DNA of 63,507 nt, filler included, from Octopus bimaculoides (GCF_001194135.2; 5 parts of 3 records of this genome joined end to end with filler, not necessarily neighbours in it), one strand, 5' to 3'; shown: positions 14,638-29,135, counted from the whole stretch's first letter. Translations and numbers: made by a program. Notes: generated from the letters alone by a model not told the origin.

Positions 14638-14797
14638 GATGAGCTAGCTGAATCGTTAGCACGCCGGGCAAAATACTTAACGGCATTTCGTCCGTTTTTA
14701 TGTTCTGAGTTCAAATTCCGCCAAGGCTGACTTTGCCTGTCAACCCTTTCAGGGTCGACTTACCCCTTCACCGAAATTGCTGGCCAAAACCTGAAAA
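14638..14797 (+). mobile_element. SINE family C with internal deletion
   Basis: GAATCGTTAGCACGCCGGGCAAAA..GTTCTGAGTTCAAATTCCGCC..; the segment between the two TCGA sites is missing. Confidence 0.8.
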
Positions 14798-17029
14798 TAA
14801 TATTTTAAATGACAGGATAAGGCATGTGTACTAAAATGTTTAGTGAGAAATAGTTCTGCTTCAGTCATGAACGAGATATGTGACGAACTAACAAGTTTCT
14901 TTCGATCTTGAGGATGACCAGACTTCAGCGGACTTCCCCTCCACACATACATACAACTCGAGAGGGTTAAGCCGCGCAGTGGTTGTTTGAGGTTAATCAA
15001 CAACAATAACAACATTATTATCATCTCTAACATAAGCATCACAGAACGGAATGGCGAAATGGCTAATTCTAAAAAGTATAGGAAAATCACTTCTAATTTC
15101 ACCAGTACATATCAGCTACTTTTGTGTGGTTCTTTCTTACTACCTCATATTCTACGTACATCAATCCATCATTAATACTTAACATATTTCTAAGAATGCT
15201 ATCTCCCATATGGAACAGGAAATTTATGAACACCAATATACTGGGGGTCATTGAAATGATAACCATTTTTTTAATAGTTTCAAAACTTCTTTTTGTCTCC
15301 TACTCTTTCTTCAAATTCATTTGTAACCAAATATCACACTTGCCTATCTATATTCGATGGGTATTTTGACATGCCAGTTATATTACCGGTATCATTTCTC
15401 CATCTGAGTTTAAATTTTCTAGAGTTATTTATCATAATGCTTGCATATAAAGGAAATCAAACATTTTAGGATAAATAATATTTCGGTTTTTAATTCAATT
15501 GAGAGTAAATTCGCTTACAAAAGTGTTTACAATCCGTTAATTGAAAATCAGTTTGAGCATCGTAGCTCCATGTAACAAGAGAAGATATTCATAGGCCATT
15601 TCTGGATTTTGACTATTTTAACTTATAAATGCCAGCATTCTACTTAAGCCAGTACACTGTTTTCTTAACGTGTAGAGGTCATCTATTATCAGTAGTTCGC
15701 TTATTTATTGAGTATAATCAGCAATACTTTTTCTGACATATTTTCAGAGTGTTTAAATGGGAATCTTTTTTAAATATACGCTATTTCTTTCTCATGTGCA
15801 ATACTGATGTATGTGAAGTGACTTAAAAGAAGAATGCAATCTGCATCACAATCGCGTACTCAAATCACTAAATAGCTTTGAGCCTACTTCGTCCATTTTT
15901 CCATTATTCGATGTTGTCACATCGCTGTGCAAATGTTGGTTATTTTTTAATAAGCACACAGATCTGTTACTCTATGAGACAAGGGTGAAATGGAGTATTA
16001 AGATTTTTACGCCATCCTGAGTGCTTTCACAGAGTCGATGAAATGCACTTGCATTAATCGGGAATCCAAACTATATTTTGGACTCTTCTGGTCAGACGAT
16101 TATCTTTTGTTCTACAACGATCATAATATCTTGAGTCAAACTATTAATGCAATATATTTGACATAGGGTGACGTTTCGTTCACTAGCTATTTATAAAAAC
16201 AGCAGGCCACTTGGTTAATATGCACGGAATGGGAGAACATACGAACAGATATGGATAAATCGCAATGAACTTATGTATATGTGTGTATATGCTTTTGCAT
16301 AAGTATATTATGATATATCACATACATAGACATAATCGCATACATATGCATAAATGCGCAACATCATTTATCCATCTAGCAATCTATATTGATTTATCTG
16401 TTCGTATAGCTCAATATCTACCTAGTCCATAGAGCCAAAACAACCTGCTGATTACTGGCTATTAATGTCGTATAATCAAACGATATCTATTTTTAATATT
16501 TCCCTTAACAAAGTTAAACTTATAATATTACAAACCCGCGTTTCCATAGGAACTCCTCGCGATTTCCATATATCATTGCTACATCTGATTTTTAGTCATA
16601 TTAATACATAAAAAAACTTCTTGTTCCACATCATAAACTAGCAACGCAAGCTAAAGTAAATCTGATTCTCTCTCTCTCTCTCTCTCTCTTTCTCCTTCCC
16701 TCTTTCAAGTGGGAATCAAGTGCATACATCATTTTCTAAGGCCAAGTGAAGTTTCTTTCGTCAAGCAAGGTAGTAGTCGATACATCGACTACAGTATTTC
16801 CTACTATATCTCTCTACAGTGTCTTCTTTTCTCTTTCATTTAAACGAGTAGGTATCAAATAAAGAGGTCTAAACTACGTACATTACCAGTTTTGAGTTTA
16901 CCGAACCTGAAAGAATGAATAATATAGCCAGCATCTGAGAGGGTTTGAACCTCAACAGGTAAAGAACTAAAACAAAGTACAGCAGGGCATTTTACTCCGG
17001 TGTTCTACTATTTATGAAGACACAATAAC

Positions 17030-17270
17030 TTATAATGCTGAATATTAATAAACCGACGGTGGTCTTCAATATGAATTATTACATATTAGAAATAACAGCG
17101 AAATATCCCACAAACCACACCCTACTGGTTTTAAAACGGACACATTGGCCAATGTACTCGTCCTTCTAGGCATACAAAAAGACAGGGTGGTCACGTTTAG
17201 AGCACCTTTCATTAGTGGTGTACTCGATCAGTGCTTTACTAGGACTAAATAACAACTGAATGATTTTACT
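17030..17270 (+). repeat. Unclassified dispersed repeat, related degenerate copy near 21430-21830
   Basis: Shared AAATAACAGC..CAAA(C/T)CACACC(C)TAC and TCGATCAG segments between the two loci. Confidence 0.4.
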
Positions 17271-17384
17271 AAGCACAAAGACAATTGTCGCAGTAGAAGT
17301 ATATACTTGATACAACTGACTATACATCATTATTTTTATCGACTTCGAAACTTTTTATCAAATCAAAAGAAATGATTTGCACTT

Positions 17385-17543
17385 GGCTCAGGCGTACCTG
17401 TGTGGTTAGAAGTTTGCTTCCCAACCACATGTTCGGTGTTCAGTCCTACTGCGTGGCACCTTGGGCAAATACCTTCTACTAAAGCCTCTGGCCGACCAAA
17501 GCCTTGAGAGTGGATTTGATAAACGGAATCTGAAAGAAGCCCA

Positions 17544-17598
<55 letters not shown>

Positions 17599-17800
17599 TG
17601 TGAGAGAGACCATCACCGCTTGACAACCGGTGCTGGTGTGTTTACGACCTCGTAACTTATCGATTCGCCCAAAAAAAACACCAAAAGAATAAGTACCAGA
17701 CTTTAAAAATAAGTCTTGGGGTCGATTTGTTCGACTAAAAATTCTTCAAGGCGGTGCCCCAGCATGACCACAGTCTAATGACTGAAACAAGTAAAATAAA
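17385..17800 (+). mobile_element. SINE family A, full length, internal (TG)n
   Basis: tRNA-like head (TGTGTGGTTAG, GTTCAGTCC), CACCTTGGGCAA segment, internal (TG)n, tail TGAAACAAGTAAAATAAAA. Confidence 0.88.
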
Positions 17801-19548
17801 AACAAAAAAAAAGAGAGATAGTCCCCCATCAGTATTTGAGATTGGTATTCGACAGTCGAAACTAAATTCTGTAAGGCACGTCAGTTCAGTGTTCTGCTAT
17901 TTCTACGACTCATTACTTTCTAAACCGTCATACTGGAAAGCATTTTAAAGAAAAATAATAAGAGTTAAAATATCTAGAGAGAAAGAATAAAAGAAGCTCA
18001 AAGCAGGTGAGAGAAATAGTTGGAATGTCATGATAGATATAAGAGTTTGTGACATATAGATTTGATAAGAGATAAGATTGACAACAGATATCAGTTTACC
18101 ATGTCAAGCCGTGGTTTTTGTAACAGCTGATAATCTATCGCATAACACAATAAACATAGAAAGTTGATGAGTCATATTGTACAACTGACTGAGATAATAA
18201 ACATAAAGTTTATGAGACTTTCTTCGACTTAATAATTAATGCAAATATTCAGTCATATTCTTCAGCTTACAATATGAATTTAAATTGATCATTAGCAAAA
18301 ATATGACGTAAAAATAAAAACTCTATTTCCATAAATGACCTTCCATTTTTGGTTGCTTTTGTTATAGATTTAGGTGGGGAGAAAATCATTAAAAGAATTT
18401 ACGAGATACGCTCCTGTTACTCAGGCAGGCTTTCTAAAAAGGAAAAAAAATACTGTGAACAGTGATGTTGATTTATTAAGTACATTTGCAAATGACGGGT
18501 GTTTCAAATTAGATTCTTTGGATTCAATTTCTATTTTGCATTCCTGAGATAAATTGTCCTTAAAGTTATAAAATTTCGAAATTTCACAGATTTTCTTTTA
18601 GTTCTTTAGAAATGTTTTATCTGTGTTTTCTTCTCTAGAATGTTGTGAGGCGGGTGGGAATTTAGAGGGTAGAAATCGACTGCAATAATTCCTTTATTTA
18701 TTTGTATTGTATTGTTTAGTTTATTTATTTTTAGACTTGTTTAAAAGAATTAGGCCCTTTTATGACTATAACATCGCACTTCCTTGCATCGGAATTTTTG
18801 CATGCGTACAACGTACGTCGAAATTGTGCAACATTTAGGGTTTCGTTTTCCTAAGGAGGAGACCTAAGGACGAAGTTGTGCTCTTAGATATACACCAGTC
18901 TCACTCAACGAGATATTTCCAGGGGTGAAAAAAAGGAGTACAAGAAGGATATTTCTGAGCAACCTTACCAAAAGTATGTTGACTTTTTGTGACGCTGGTA
19001 TAGAATTCAGAGAACAGCTTCGTCTTTAGGTACATTTAAAGAATTTGGACCAGATCCTGGATATGAGATAAACACTTCCATTTCTCTCATCGGTCAAGGA
19101 GAGCCTAAAAGGGTCATGGGCGTTGCCCTTCTTCTCTTAATTATGCATTTAAGAAACAAATTTCTGAGTAGGAAGACTGCGGAAAACTATTCTCCATAGA
19201 CGCTTCAAAGCTCATTGAAAGGGATACGTTTGTATAGCAGATGAATAGAGATAATTATTTAGTTCTTTTTGACAAGGCATGTTTTTTTAGGAATATTGTG
19301 CATAGTCGACTAAACTAAGCCCAGTAATTTTATTTTATGAAATCTGGAAAATATGAGGGCGTTGATAAAATATCAAACATCCATTATTTATATAAATGCG
19401 TATGCGTGAGCATGTGTGCATGAAAATGCATCCGTGTGTGCTTAGATGTATAAATGAGAAAGTACTCAAAACATGTAATAAAATATATTCATATATTCAA
19501 GCTGAGTTTACATTCAGTCGCAACTCTGAGTTGCCTATTCCTCTCCTG

Positions 19549-19585
<37 letters not shown>

Positions 19586-19821
19586 ACGCGCGTTACTTTT
19601 AGTTGCTTATTTCTATAGTATGCACATACTTACGCTCACACGTGAATGCGTGTTTCGTGTGTGTGAGTGTGTGTGAGTGTGTGTGAGTGTGTGAGAGAGA
19701 GAGAGAGAGAGAGGGAGAGAGAAAGAGGAAGAGAGGATCTGTGTGTTGAAACTGCAACAAGCGTTAGAAAAATCAGGATTTATTTATAAATGAGACTTTA
19801 TCGATTACTCTTTCTCTCTCT

Positions 19822-19875
<54 letters not shown>

Positions 19876-20379
19876 CAACCTCTGTCTCCCACTGTTGCAG
19901 ACGTAGCATCATTTCCTTTCCAATGTAATCTCTGCCCCAGTACTAAATCGCAGCTTTACTTGTCATAAGGTGTCATTACGATTTAAGTAACAACCATACG
20001 AGTTGCCATTTAACTTTTAATTTAATTTTTTAGTTTTTCGTTGCATTTCCACTTTTACTTTATTAAATATTTATTGTTGTTATTGTTTAATATATTTTTT
20101 TCTTTTCTTCTTTCTTTTTGTTTCAGGCCACCTTCTTACTTACCTACCGTCGATTATCGATTCATAATATTCTCGATAGGATATCACATTTGGATTTGTA
20201 GTCTATTGATTCCTTATACGACTGCTACTTCTCCACACGCTTTGCTGAGCAAATGTCGAGGTAACAGGAAAGTTTATTGCTTCGTTTTAACATAATTACT
20301 TGGAAGGATTTTGTTTTCTTCCTTAAATATCTTCCTACATTTTCGCTTCTTAATTTGTTGTTGTTGCTTAGGTGTATTA

Positions 20380-21170
20380 AATAAAATAATGAGGAAGAAG
20401 AAGTATAGAAAGGGAGAGGGGGAGAAAGAGATAGGAAAGAGGAAAAGTGGGACAGGGGGAAAGAATTAGAAAATGAGATAACGAGAAGGAAGGAATGAGA
20501 ATATGAAAAAAGGAAAGAATATCATTAGGGAAGAATTAAAGACAAAATTAAAAAATCACCAGTAGAAGGAAAGAAAGAAACAAACAAGCAAAGATATGAG
20601 AGAAAGAAATTGAATCGTCGTGCTGGAATCGTTTCTAGAATACGCAAATCCACAAATTTAGAGGAGGGAGCTAGTCTATGAAATCGCCCCTAGTTTTTGA
20701 CTCTCTATTTTATCAACTCCGAAGGATGAAGATTATATTTGATATTGGCGAGATTTGAGCTGAGAATGTAAAGAGCCGCAATAAATATGGCAAGACGTTT
20801 GAGGTAAACCCTCTAATGATTCGGTCAAATCTGCACCGAAATAAAGAAGTATGAAAGTTAGTTGTAGCTTTGTAAATAGGGATCAGAATGTGAAGAAAAG
20901 AAAAAGTAGCACCAAAAAAGATGGGAACAAGAGAAAGAAAATAACGTAAAAGGTGAGGAAAAGGGAAACGATAAGAATGAAAAATTCAGTGAAAGAATAA
21001 GTGGAGAAAGAGAAAAGAAAAATGGAAGACAACGGATGGCAAAGCAGGTGTGTAGAAAGGAGCAGGTGTGTAGAAAGAAATTAAGAGAAAAAAGGAAGAG
21101 AATGTGAAAATAGAGGGAAAGGAGAAAGAAAAATAGAAAACGAAAGGAAAATAGAAGACTATGCAGTGTT
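20380..21170 (+). repeat. Long A/G-rich low-complexity tract containing a decayed family C copy (~20640-20835, -)
   Basis: Strong purine strand bias; 16-bp direct repeat GCAGGTGTGTAGAAAG twice near 21044-21077. Confidence 0.75.
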
Positions 21171-21305
21171 GTGGTTGGCAGGGGTAGTAGAGCGCTGGAC
21201 AAAGGGATTTGAAGTGTTTACTTAAGCTTTGTTTTTATGCCCTGAGTTGAAATGATGCCGAAGTTGATTGCCTTTCATTTTTCTGGGGTCGATAAATAAA
21301 CTAAC
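21170..21305 (+). mobile_element. SINE family C, degenerate
   Basis: CTGAGTTGAAAT..GCCGAAGTTGATTGCCTTTCAT..GGGGTCGATAAATAA. Confidence 0.6.
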
Positions 21306-23013
21306 ATGATGTGAGTAGAGAGACATACAAAATGTGTGTGTGTGTGAGAGAGAAAGAAAGAAACAAACAAACAAAGTAAAGACATGGAAAGACAGAGAAG
21401 GAGAAACCGAAATACAACAGCTACATCGATAAACCTGACGAGTCCATTGGAGGTGACACTATACAGTTATATTTTCGGCAAAAATTAACCATATTTACCT
21501 CAAATCACACCTACAGGGAAGAACACTTTAAAGGTATTCAAAATATTCGCAATGATTTGAAAAAAAGGTGATAGATAATCATTGCTGGAATACCACTACT
21601 CTCTTCGATCAGGAATAACACGGAAAGATGTGAACAAGAAAATGATCCAAGAGGGAAGCCTCTTCCTTATCAATCGACCTTACTTAAAATTCATACGTTA
21701 CTGTCCTAACAATAAAAAGATACTAGAAACGGGATAATGTAATCCAAGATACACACTGTCTGTAAAAGCCTAACGGCAGAATTACTTCATTGGAGCTGAC
21801 CTGGCACCAAACGAGGAATAACAACGACGATATTGAGAAAATTTCTGTGTCTTGCATATTCAGATCTTAAACATACTGTTAGCATACTAATTGAAAAGAA
21901 ATGACGAGGTAGTCGTGGCTGAAACGCTGAACCATAGTTCTTCAAGATCAAGACTTAGCTGAGTTATAAAGAACTACGATGATAGTCGAGATTAGATTCC
22001 GAAATAAAAACAGTCAATCATTTTTTTCTTTTTTTTTTTCCTATTAAATACCTGTCTAAGTGATAATGACAGTGGCGAGCAGAGAAATGAAAAATTAAAT
22101 TTTTGTTAAATGCTCCGTGGGATCTCGAAGCTATTCTCTTCCTGCAAGAACTATCGCATCCAACCGCACCACTCACACCACTTCAACCACATTCTATCAT
22201 TTCATGACCACAGCAATAAATTTGATGAACCCAGAAATAAAATGAAATTAAATTAAAGCAGAGGATAGTTCTTTTATTGTTGTTGTTGTTGTTGCTTTTG
22301 CTTTTTTTTTTCTTAGTGTCTCGTACTAGGCAATAGGAAATTAGTAAATACAAATAGAAATTTATTTCAAAATAAAACAAATACAAAAATATACAAATAA
22401 AAGATTTTAACTAAGAAAATAAAGTGAAAGAAAAGTCAATCTAAATTCATTGCTGGAGATGAGGGAGAAGGTGGGTGGTTGTCGGGCTGAAAAGTTTGGT
22501 GTCAATTGAACCAGTGGTATCAACTTGTCAACGAATAAAATGGTTATTGTGTAATATAGCTTTCAGAGATCTCTGAGAAAGAGACAGGCAGAAAAACTAC
22601 AAGTGTGAAAGAGAAAAAGAGAGAGTGAAAAATGACAGAGAGAGAGAAAGGCGTTTGGTGAATTTTCGCGTTCATCTGACGTAATTCTTCTTCTGCACCA
22701 TCATCATCACTTTTATCATCATCATGAAACGTTAATCATAATTTATTGCTGTTAAAAGGCTGTGTATGGGTATGTGTATTTGGATGTATGGTGTAAATGT
22801 GTGTATGTGCGTATGAGAAAGAGTTGGGGAGAAAACCAAATGGATTGCTCTGGAAGAAAACAGTTTGTATTGCTTTGTCTCAGATCTGACGTGAAATTTA
22901 TTCTTTCAAACTTTCACACACACTTTCTCTTTCTCTCTCTCTCCCTCTCTCCCTCTATCTCTCTCTATCTATCTATATATCTCTCTATCTCTCTTTCTCT
23001 CTATCTCTCTCTC

Positions 23014-23074
<61 letters not shown>

Positions 23075-23174
23075 NNNNNNNNNNNNNNNNNNNNNNNNNN
23101 NNNNNNNNNNNNNNNNNNTTAATTAATTAANNNNNNNNNNNNNNNNNNNNNNNNNNNNNNNNNNNNNNNNNNNN
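23075..23174. other. Assembly linker 44N+TTAATTAATTAA+44N; identical blocks at 35296-35395, 54319-54418 and 58433-58532
   Basis: Four identical 100-nt blocks; the 12-mer is palindromic and gives TAA in all six frames. Confidence 0.95.
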
Positions 23175-24490
23175 GATAACCAGTTATATACAGGAGGGCA
23201 TAGATTTCTTCCAGCACATCCCACCCGCTGTCCCAGAAGGCATTATACTTAAAAGTCTTAATGTCACCAATCTTTATACCACTATACCTCACGCTTTAGG
23301 CCTAGAAGCTGTCAAGCACTGGGTAAATGAACGCTTCAAGGCTGACTTCATCACGAAGGCCACACGCCTGGTACTAGAAGAAAATACATTTAGATTCGAT
23401 AGTAAAACATAACGACAGATAAAGGCATGACTATGGAGACGCGGTTCGCACCCTCATATACGAACACATATCAGAGGATACTTGGAACATCATGGGATAC
23501 TTGGAACATCATGGGATACTTGGAAGAAAATCTTTATGAGGAAGTAGAGAAAACTTTTGATCAGGAGTACAAAAAATATATCATTAAAAAGTGGAAATGC
23601 TTGATGATTGCTTCATCTTTTGAGATAAATCAAATGAAGACCTAAATATATTTAACACTATACTGAACACATTTCACTCATTCATCAAATTCACGACAGA
23701 ATCCAGTTGCAATGAAATACCATTCCTGGATGTCCCCATAAAAATACAGAACTCCACAATCATAACAAACATATTTTACAAAAAACTGACACACACCAAT
23801 ATCTAAATTTCTACTCTTGCCACCCATCACACATGAAAAGGAACATCCCATACAACAGGGAAAGGCACATCTGTGCCTTAGTGACTGACCCCAAAATACG
23901 TGAAATACAACTCAACGAGCTCAAAAGCTTCCTTACAATGCAGAAATACCCATTAGGATTAATTAATGAGGGAATTAAAAAGGCGATGAAACTGAGCATC
24001 ACCAAGCTACGGACACCTAAGTCCTGGGATAACCAACATCTTTCACGCCATAAAATCGAACTTACCTATACTCCTACAGAGTCCCAAAATGCAACATCAA
24101 CAACAAACTTAAATACTTAGAAAGTGGTTCCCACATAAAATTCAAGAGCGGATTCTCGTTCAAAATAAATGCAGACATGAATTGCAAAACGCCGAACCTT
24201 ATATACTGCATTACCTGCCCCAACTGCAAAGAAAATTACATTGGTGAAACAAATAATTCCCTCTGCCAACACGCAAGAATACACAGGCAACCTATCCGAC
24301 AAGAGGAGTTACGCAAGATTCTGTTAAACAAGCATCTGGAAATATGCAGAGACGGACAGTTCTAAATCTTTCCCTTTTACAAATGTTCACAGGATAACTC
24401 GCAATACCGAAAAGCGGAGAATTTGCATTTTTGATTCTAAATGTAGCTCCAACAATATTGGAAACATGATACTCATCTCTATAAATATTC
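23175..24490 (+). mobile_element. Penelope-like retroelement remnant (RT plus GIY-YIG endonuclease)
   Basis: SLNVTNLYTTIPH, frameshifted (L)DDCFIF, IPFLDV, TDTHQYLNFYSCHPSHMKRNIPY, NLIYCITCPNCKENYIGET; frameshifts, stops and a 19-bp tandem duplication at 23476-23525. Confidence 0.92.
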
Positions 24491-27214
24491 AGGTATATAT
24501 ATATATATATATATATATATNNNNNNNNNNNNNNNNNNNNNNNNNNNNNNNNNNNNNNNNNNNNNNNNNNNNNNNNNNNNNNNNNNNNNNNNNNNNNNNN
24601 NNNNNNNNNNNNNNNNNNNNNNNNNNNNNNNNNNNNNNNNNNNNNNNNNNNNNNNNNNNNNNNNNNNNNNNNNNNNNNNNNNNNNNNNNNNNNNNNNNNN
24701 NNNNNNNNNNNNNNNNNNNNNNNNNNNNNNNNNNNNNNNNNNNNNNNNNNNNNNNNNNNNNNNNNNNNNNNNNNNNNNNNNNNNNNNNNNNNNNNNNNNN
24801 NNNNNNNNNNNNNNNNNNNNNNNNNNNNNNNNNNNNNNNNNNNNNNNNNNNNNNNNNNNNNNNNNNNNNNNNNNNNNNNNNNNNNNNNNNNNNNCACACA
24901 CACATACATAAACACACACACACACACACACACACACATGCACACACACACACATGTAGAACTTCTTATCTTCCTTCTTGGCACCCTAAGGAAAAAATGC
25001 TTTCAGTAACGACGGCACACATCCTTTTTTCATTACCTCCTCCATCCTAAAAGAAGTCACCATCCTTGAACACGTGTCTCATACCAGTAGCTAGACAATG
25101 GCAACAATACTAACTAAATAAATAAATCATAAAAAACATTCAAAATTGAAAAGAAATCCCTCCCTCTCTCTTCCTATTTATCTGTCTGTCTATCTATCCG
25201 TCTATCTATCTACCTATCTATCTATCTACCTATCTATCTCCACTGTCCTGGAACCTCACCCAAAAGAGCAAAAAGCAGCAAAAATAATGTTTTCTTCTTC
25301 TAAATAAAACACACCTGATTTATATAAATGAACAAATAGTTTGCACATTCACAATTTTATTTGACAAGTTCGAAGACGAAAGAAAGCGCTAATAATAATG
25401 ACTAAATAAATAAAAATAATTTTTCCATAATTCTGGAGACCTCCTCTTTTCGCGATATTCAATATCTGTACACCACGTCTAAAACTCACTCTATTATAGG
25501 CGTTTTATTCTATCTGAATTTATTTTGATTAAGAGGTCTTTGAGAGTTTGATTATTTCGGTTTCACCTTTTGCATTTACTACTTAAGTTGGTTTCTCTCG
25601 CATTGTTTTTTAATCTTTTGTATTTTTAAATTTAAATCTTTTTGAAATTTTAAATTCATTTTATAAGATATTATGAGTTTTTTTAATTTTGGTTCATCAG
25701 TGATTTTAAAACGGTGAATTTTTACATTTAATTCATTTATCTTAGTACCCTTTTGATATTTCTATATATTTATTTATTAGCTGATCATGTGACGTTTATA
25801 ATTGATAACTAATTGTTATTTAAACAAGGTACAAAATGAAGTACAGAATAATCACAGATACAAGCATTCACATATTTCCCAATCACATACATACACATAC
25901 TCAAACAGAATTGGAATGATGTTAGCTTTTTTTTCTGAGTTGTACGTTTTCATTACGCACACACACACTCACACATTCACACACACACACACACACGCAC
26001 ACACATACGCATACAAACATTCACATACCTCCCCTTTTCATACACACACACACATAAACATATACTCACACAGAGCTGAAAGGTTTTTTACTTTATTCGC
26101 CTCTTCCTTTTTCATTCATATGTTGAAAACAGCAGATACACTCCGCGTTCTTCTTTCTCAAACGGTTCTTACTTTCTCTCACTCTTTGAGTCACGGCTAT
26201 AACTCTCTACCTCTCCTTCACTGTATTACTATTTTTCTCTCCTCTCCCTTCACTTATACTACCCTTTCTCTTCCTCCGTTCTACTGTTTTACTTGTAGAA
26301 GGTTATTTTGTAAACAAAAGAATCGTTTTTTTTCTCTTTGTTTTATTTTTTGTTTGGTATTACCATATTGTAAATTTTGAATTAGGACATTTATTACTTT
26401 TTAGTGGATAATGTATCGGTTTGTAGTTATTAATTTTTAATTTTTGATTAGATAACCCTATTATTTTTTGTAGTTAATTTTTGTTTCATTAAATTTATGT
26501 TTTTTTTANNNNNNNNNNNNNNNNNNNNNNNNNNNNNNNNNNNNNNNNNNNNNNNNNNNNNNNNNNNNNNNNNNNNNNNNNNNNNNNNNNNNNNNNNNNN
26601 NNNNNNNNNNNNNNNNNNNNNNNNNNNNNNNNNNNNNNNNNNNNNNNNNNNNNNNNNNNNNNNNNNNNNNNNNNNNNNNNNNNNNNNNNNNNNNNNNNNN
26701 NNNNNNNNNNNNNNNNNNNNNNNNNNNNNNNNNNNNNNNNNNNNNNNNNNNNNNNNNNNNNNNNNNNNNNNNNNNNNNNNNNNNNNNNNNNNNNNNNNNN
26801 NNNNNNNNNNNNNNNNNNNNNNNNNNNNNNNNNNNNNNNNNNNNNNNNNNNNNNNNNNNNNNNNNNNNNNNNNNNNNNNNNNNNNNNNNNNNNNNNNNNN
26901 NNNNNNNNNNNNNNNNNNNNNNNNNNNNNNNNNNNNNNNNNNNNNNNNNNNNNNNNNNNNNNNNNNNNNNNNNNNNNNNNNNNNNNNNNNNNNNNNNNNN
27001 NNNNNNNNNNNNNNNNNNNNNNNNNNNNNNNNNNNNNNNNNNNNNNNNNNNNNNNNNNNNNNNNNNNNNNNNNNNNNNNNNNNNNNNNNNNNNNNNNNNN
27101 NNNNNNNNNNNNNNNNNNNNNNNNNNNNNNNNNNNNNNNNNNNNNNNNNNNNNNNNNNNNNNNNNNNNNNNNNNNNNNNNNNNNNNNNNNNNNNNNNNNN
27201 NNNACACACACACA

Positions 27215-29135
27215 CTAGCAATGCATCCCGGCGTTGCTCGGGTGTTATAACCTACAGCCACATTGTATTATTTGTTTGTTTCTTATGGGTAGAATCGGCA
27301 CACAAGGAGCGTGAAGCAAACAACTCTTTTTCATAAACATGATTTTCGGTCATTTTTTGATGAACAATGCTAAAATTGTTGTCACCAAAAGCATGTAGAA
27401 TAGCAGTTTAGATTAGTATGAAATCCTAAAAATGCCTCCAAATTGACCTAGACTTACGGAGGTAAAGAATTGGATGACGAATGAGAACGTAGAGTTATCC
27501 GTATTGCAGAGAGTAAGGTACAGGGACAGAAAGCTGATTTTCTGTGAAAAGCATCATCTCTGTAATGTTTGGGCAGACTGCACACTTGAACATATGTTAA
27601 GTGAAGCCGACAATGCTTTTCAGTAAACTATTTTTTGCGTAAGTCCTGTGCTGGTAGAATAAATATACAAGTCATCTACACCCTGTTAACTCGAGAGCAT
27701 GAGACATATAGCAGTCCATGAGAAAAGCAGAGTAGTTGTAAATTGAGACCCACAATTTTTAAAGTTTGACCCTGGGCTTTGTTGATTGTCATAGCGATGC
27801 AAAATCGCACTGGGAACTGGAGGCGCTTGAACTGAAATGACACATTTGAGGGAATAAGGGGCATGTGTGGAATGTATGCGATCTCTCCTCCATAGCAACC
27901 GGCAATAATGGTTGCTTCTAGGACATGACTTGTCATTGTAGTTATAATCAATTTTGTACCATTGCATAGTCATGGTGGGTCCAAATTCCTCAAGAACATG
28001 ATAGGTGCTCCTTTCTTTAGGAACAACTTGTGCGGTGGCAATTCTGTGTGTTGTAGAGAGTTGAAATATTCAACTGGATACTCAACAGCGGGTGTTCGTC
28101 GATGGTAGTATCAATGGAAACGAACGTTGAAGCACCTCCAAGTAGAATATGGAGGAGTTCACGGTTTACTTTATCAACGCTTTCATTCCGAGGTGCTAAA
28201 ATAGCTCTCTCTGCGAACCATGCTATGTTTTTGAAGTTGTCTTGCAATGTGGGAAATACCGCGTAGTTTGCAGACTTGTCGAAATCTTTCGCATATCAAG
28301 GAGTTTACTAATTTAAGGTCTTTGTATGACTTTGGTCCAGGAACTTTGTTGAGGATCATCCGTAGACAGTAGCATTCGAAGTTTTAGGAATGGACCGTAT
28401 AATCTCGATCTAGAGCATTACTTTGTATGTGTGGATGCCCTTCGACGGTTACAGCAAGCTTTCTTCTCTTCCACTTCTTAACATGGTTATTCCAGGTGTA
28501 ATAATTTGGTACGTCTGTGAAGAAAATGGTCGCGGCGAATGCATCACATCTACACAGGTCAAAGAATTCTGTGAGAGTCGTCGCCTGTGGCGCATATATT
28601 TGTCTTCTAACTCTTTCGGGATTCAATGGATCAAAATAAACTCTTTGGCCATTTTGTAAATGAACAGAGAGGTGGACAATTGTGGGATATCTGTCATGGA
28701 TGGAGAATTGAAGGAGTCTCCAAGCTGCTCATTACTGCTTACATAACGGTCTATTAGATATTGGTGTACCTCATTGGCCTTGTCAGCATCTGAAAGACCA
28801 AAGACAGCCATATCGGACCTTTTGTTTATATATTTGCATACATACCTGATGGAGTGAACAGAATTGCAAAATTCCATGTTAATGTGTGCCTTGAAAACTC
28901 GTAGCAATAGAGAACTATATGGGACGATCCATCTGGTGTCTACAACGACTAGACTTTCCTGTAGCCGAAGAGTGAAATAGAATCCACCGTCTCCCGGTTT
29001 GCGTCTTTTGTATGTTGGATACTCATCATGTCCAGTGTGAAAACCTCCAAAATTGATCCACACTCCATCCCGCTGTCTAAAAGATTTATAGTTAAAAAGA
29101 AAAAGGACCACGACATGTGAAGCCCTCACCACGAA
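27215..29135 (-). mobile_element. Helitron remnant (Rep/Pif1-like helicase) with intact 3' end
   Basis: YPTYKRR..DGG, AHINMEFCNSVHSIRYVCKYINK, RYVSSNE, TTLTEFF, ERAILAPRN, AMTINKAQGQTL..CFSHGLLYVSCSRV; on - strand hairpin CCCGAGCAACGCCGGG, 8 nt, then CTAG followed by T at 27215. Confidence 0.93.

Noticed and set aside
21432-21470. Second hammerhead (CTGACGA GTCC ATT GGA)
   Set aside because: No GAAA core follows and helices I/III do not close; at best a decayed relic
23119-23130. Palindromic TTAATTAATTAA recurring four times as a biological motif
   Set aside because: Always centred in exactly 44N+12+44N with stops in six frames, so it is an assembly linker; adjacency across these joins is less certain
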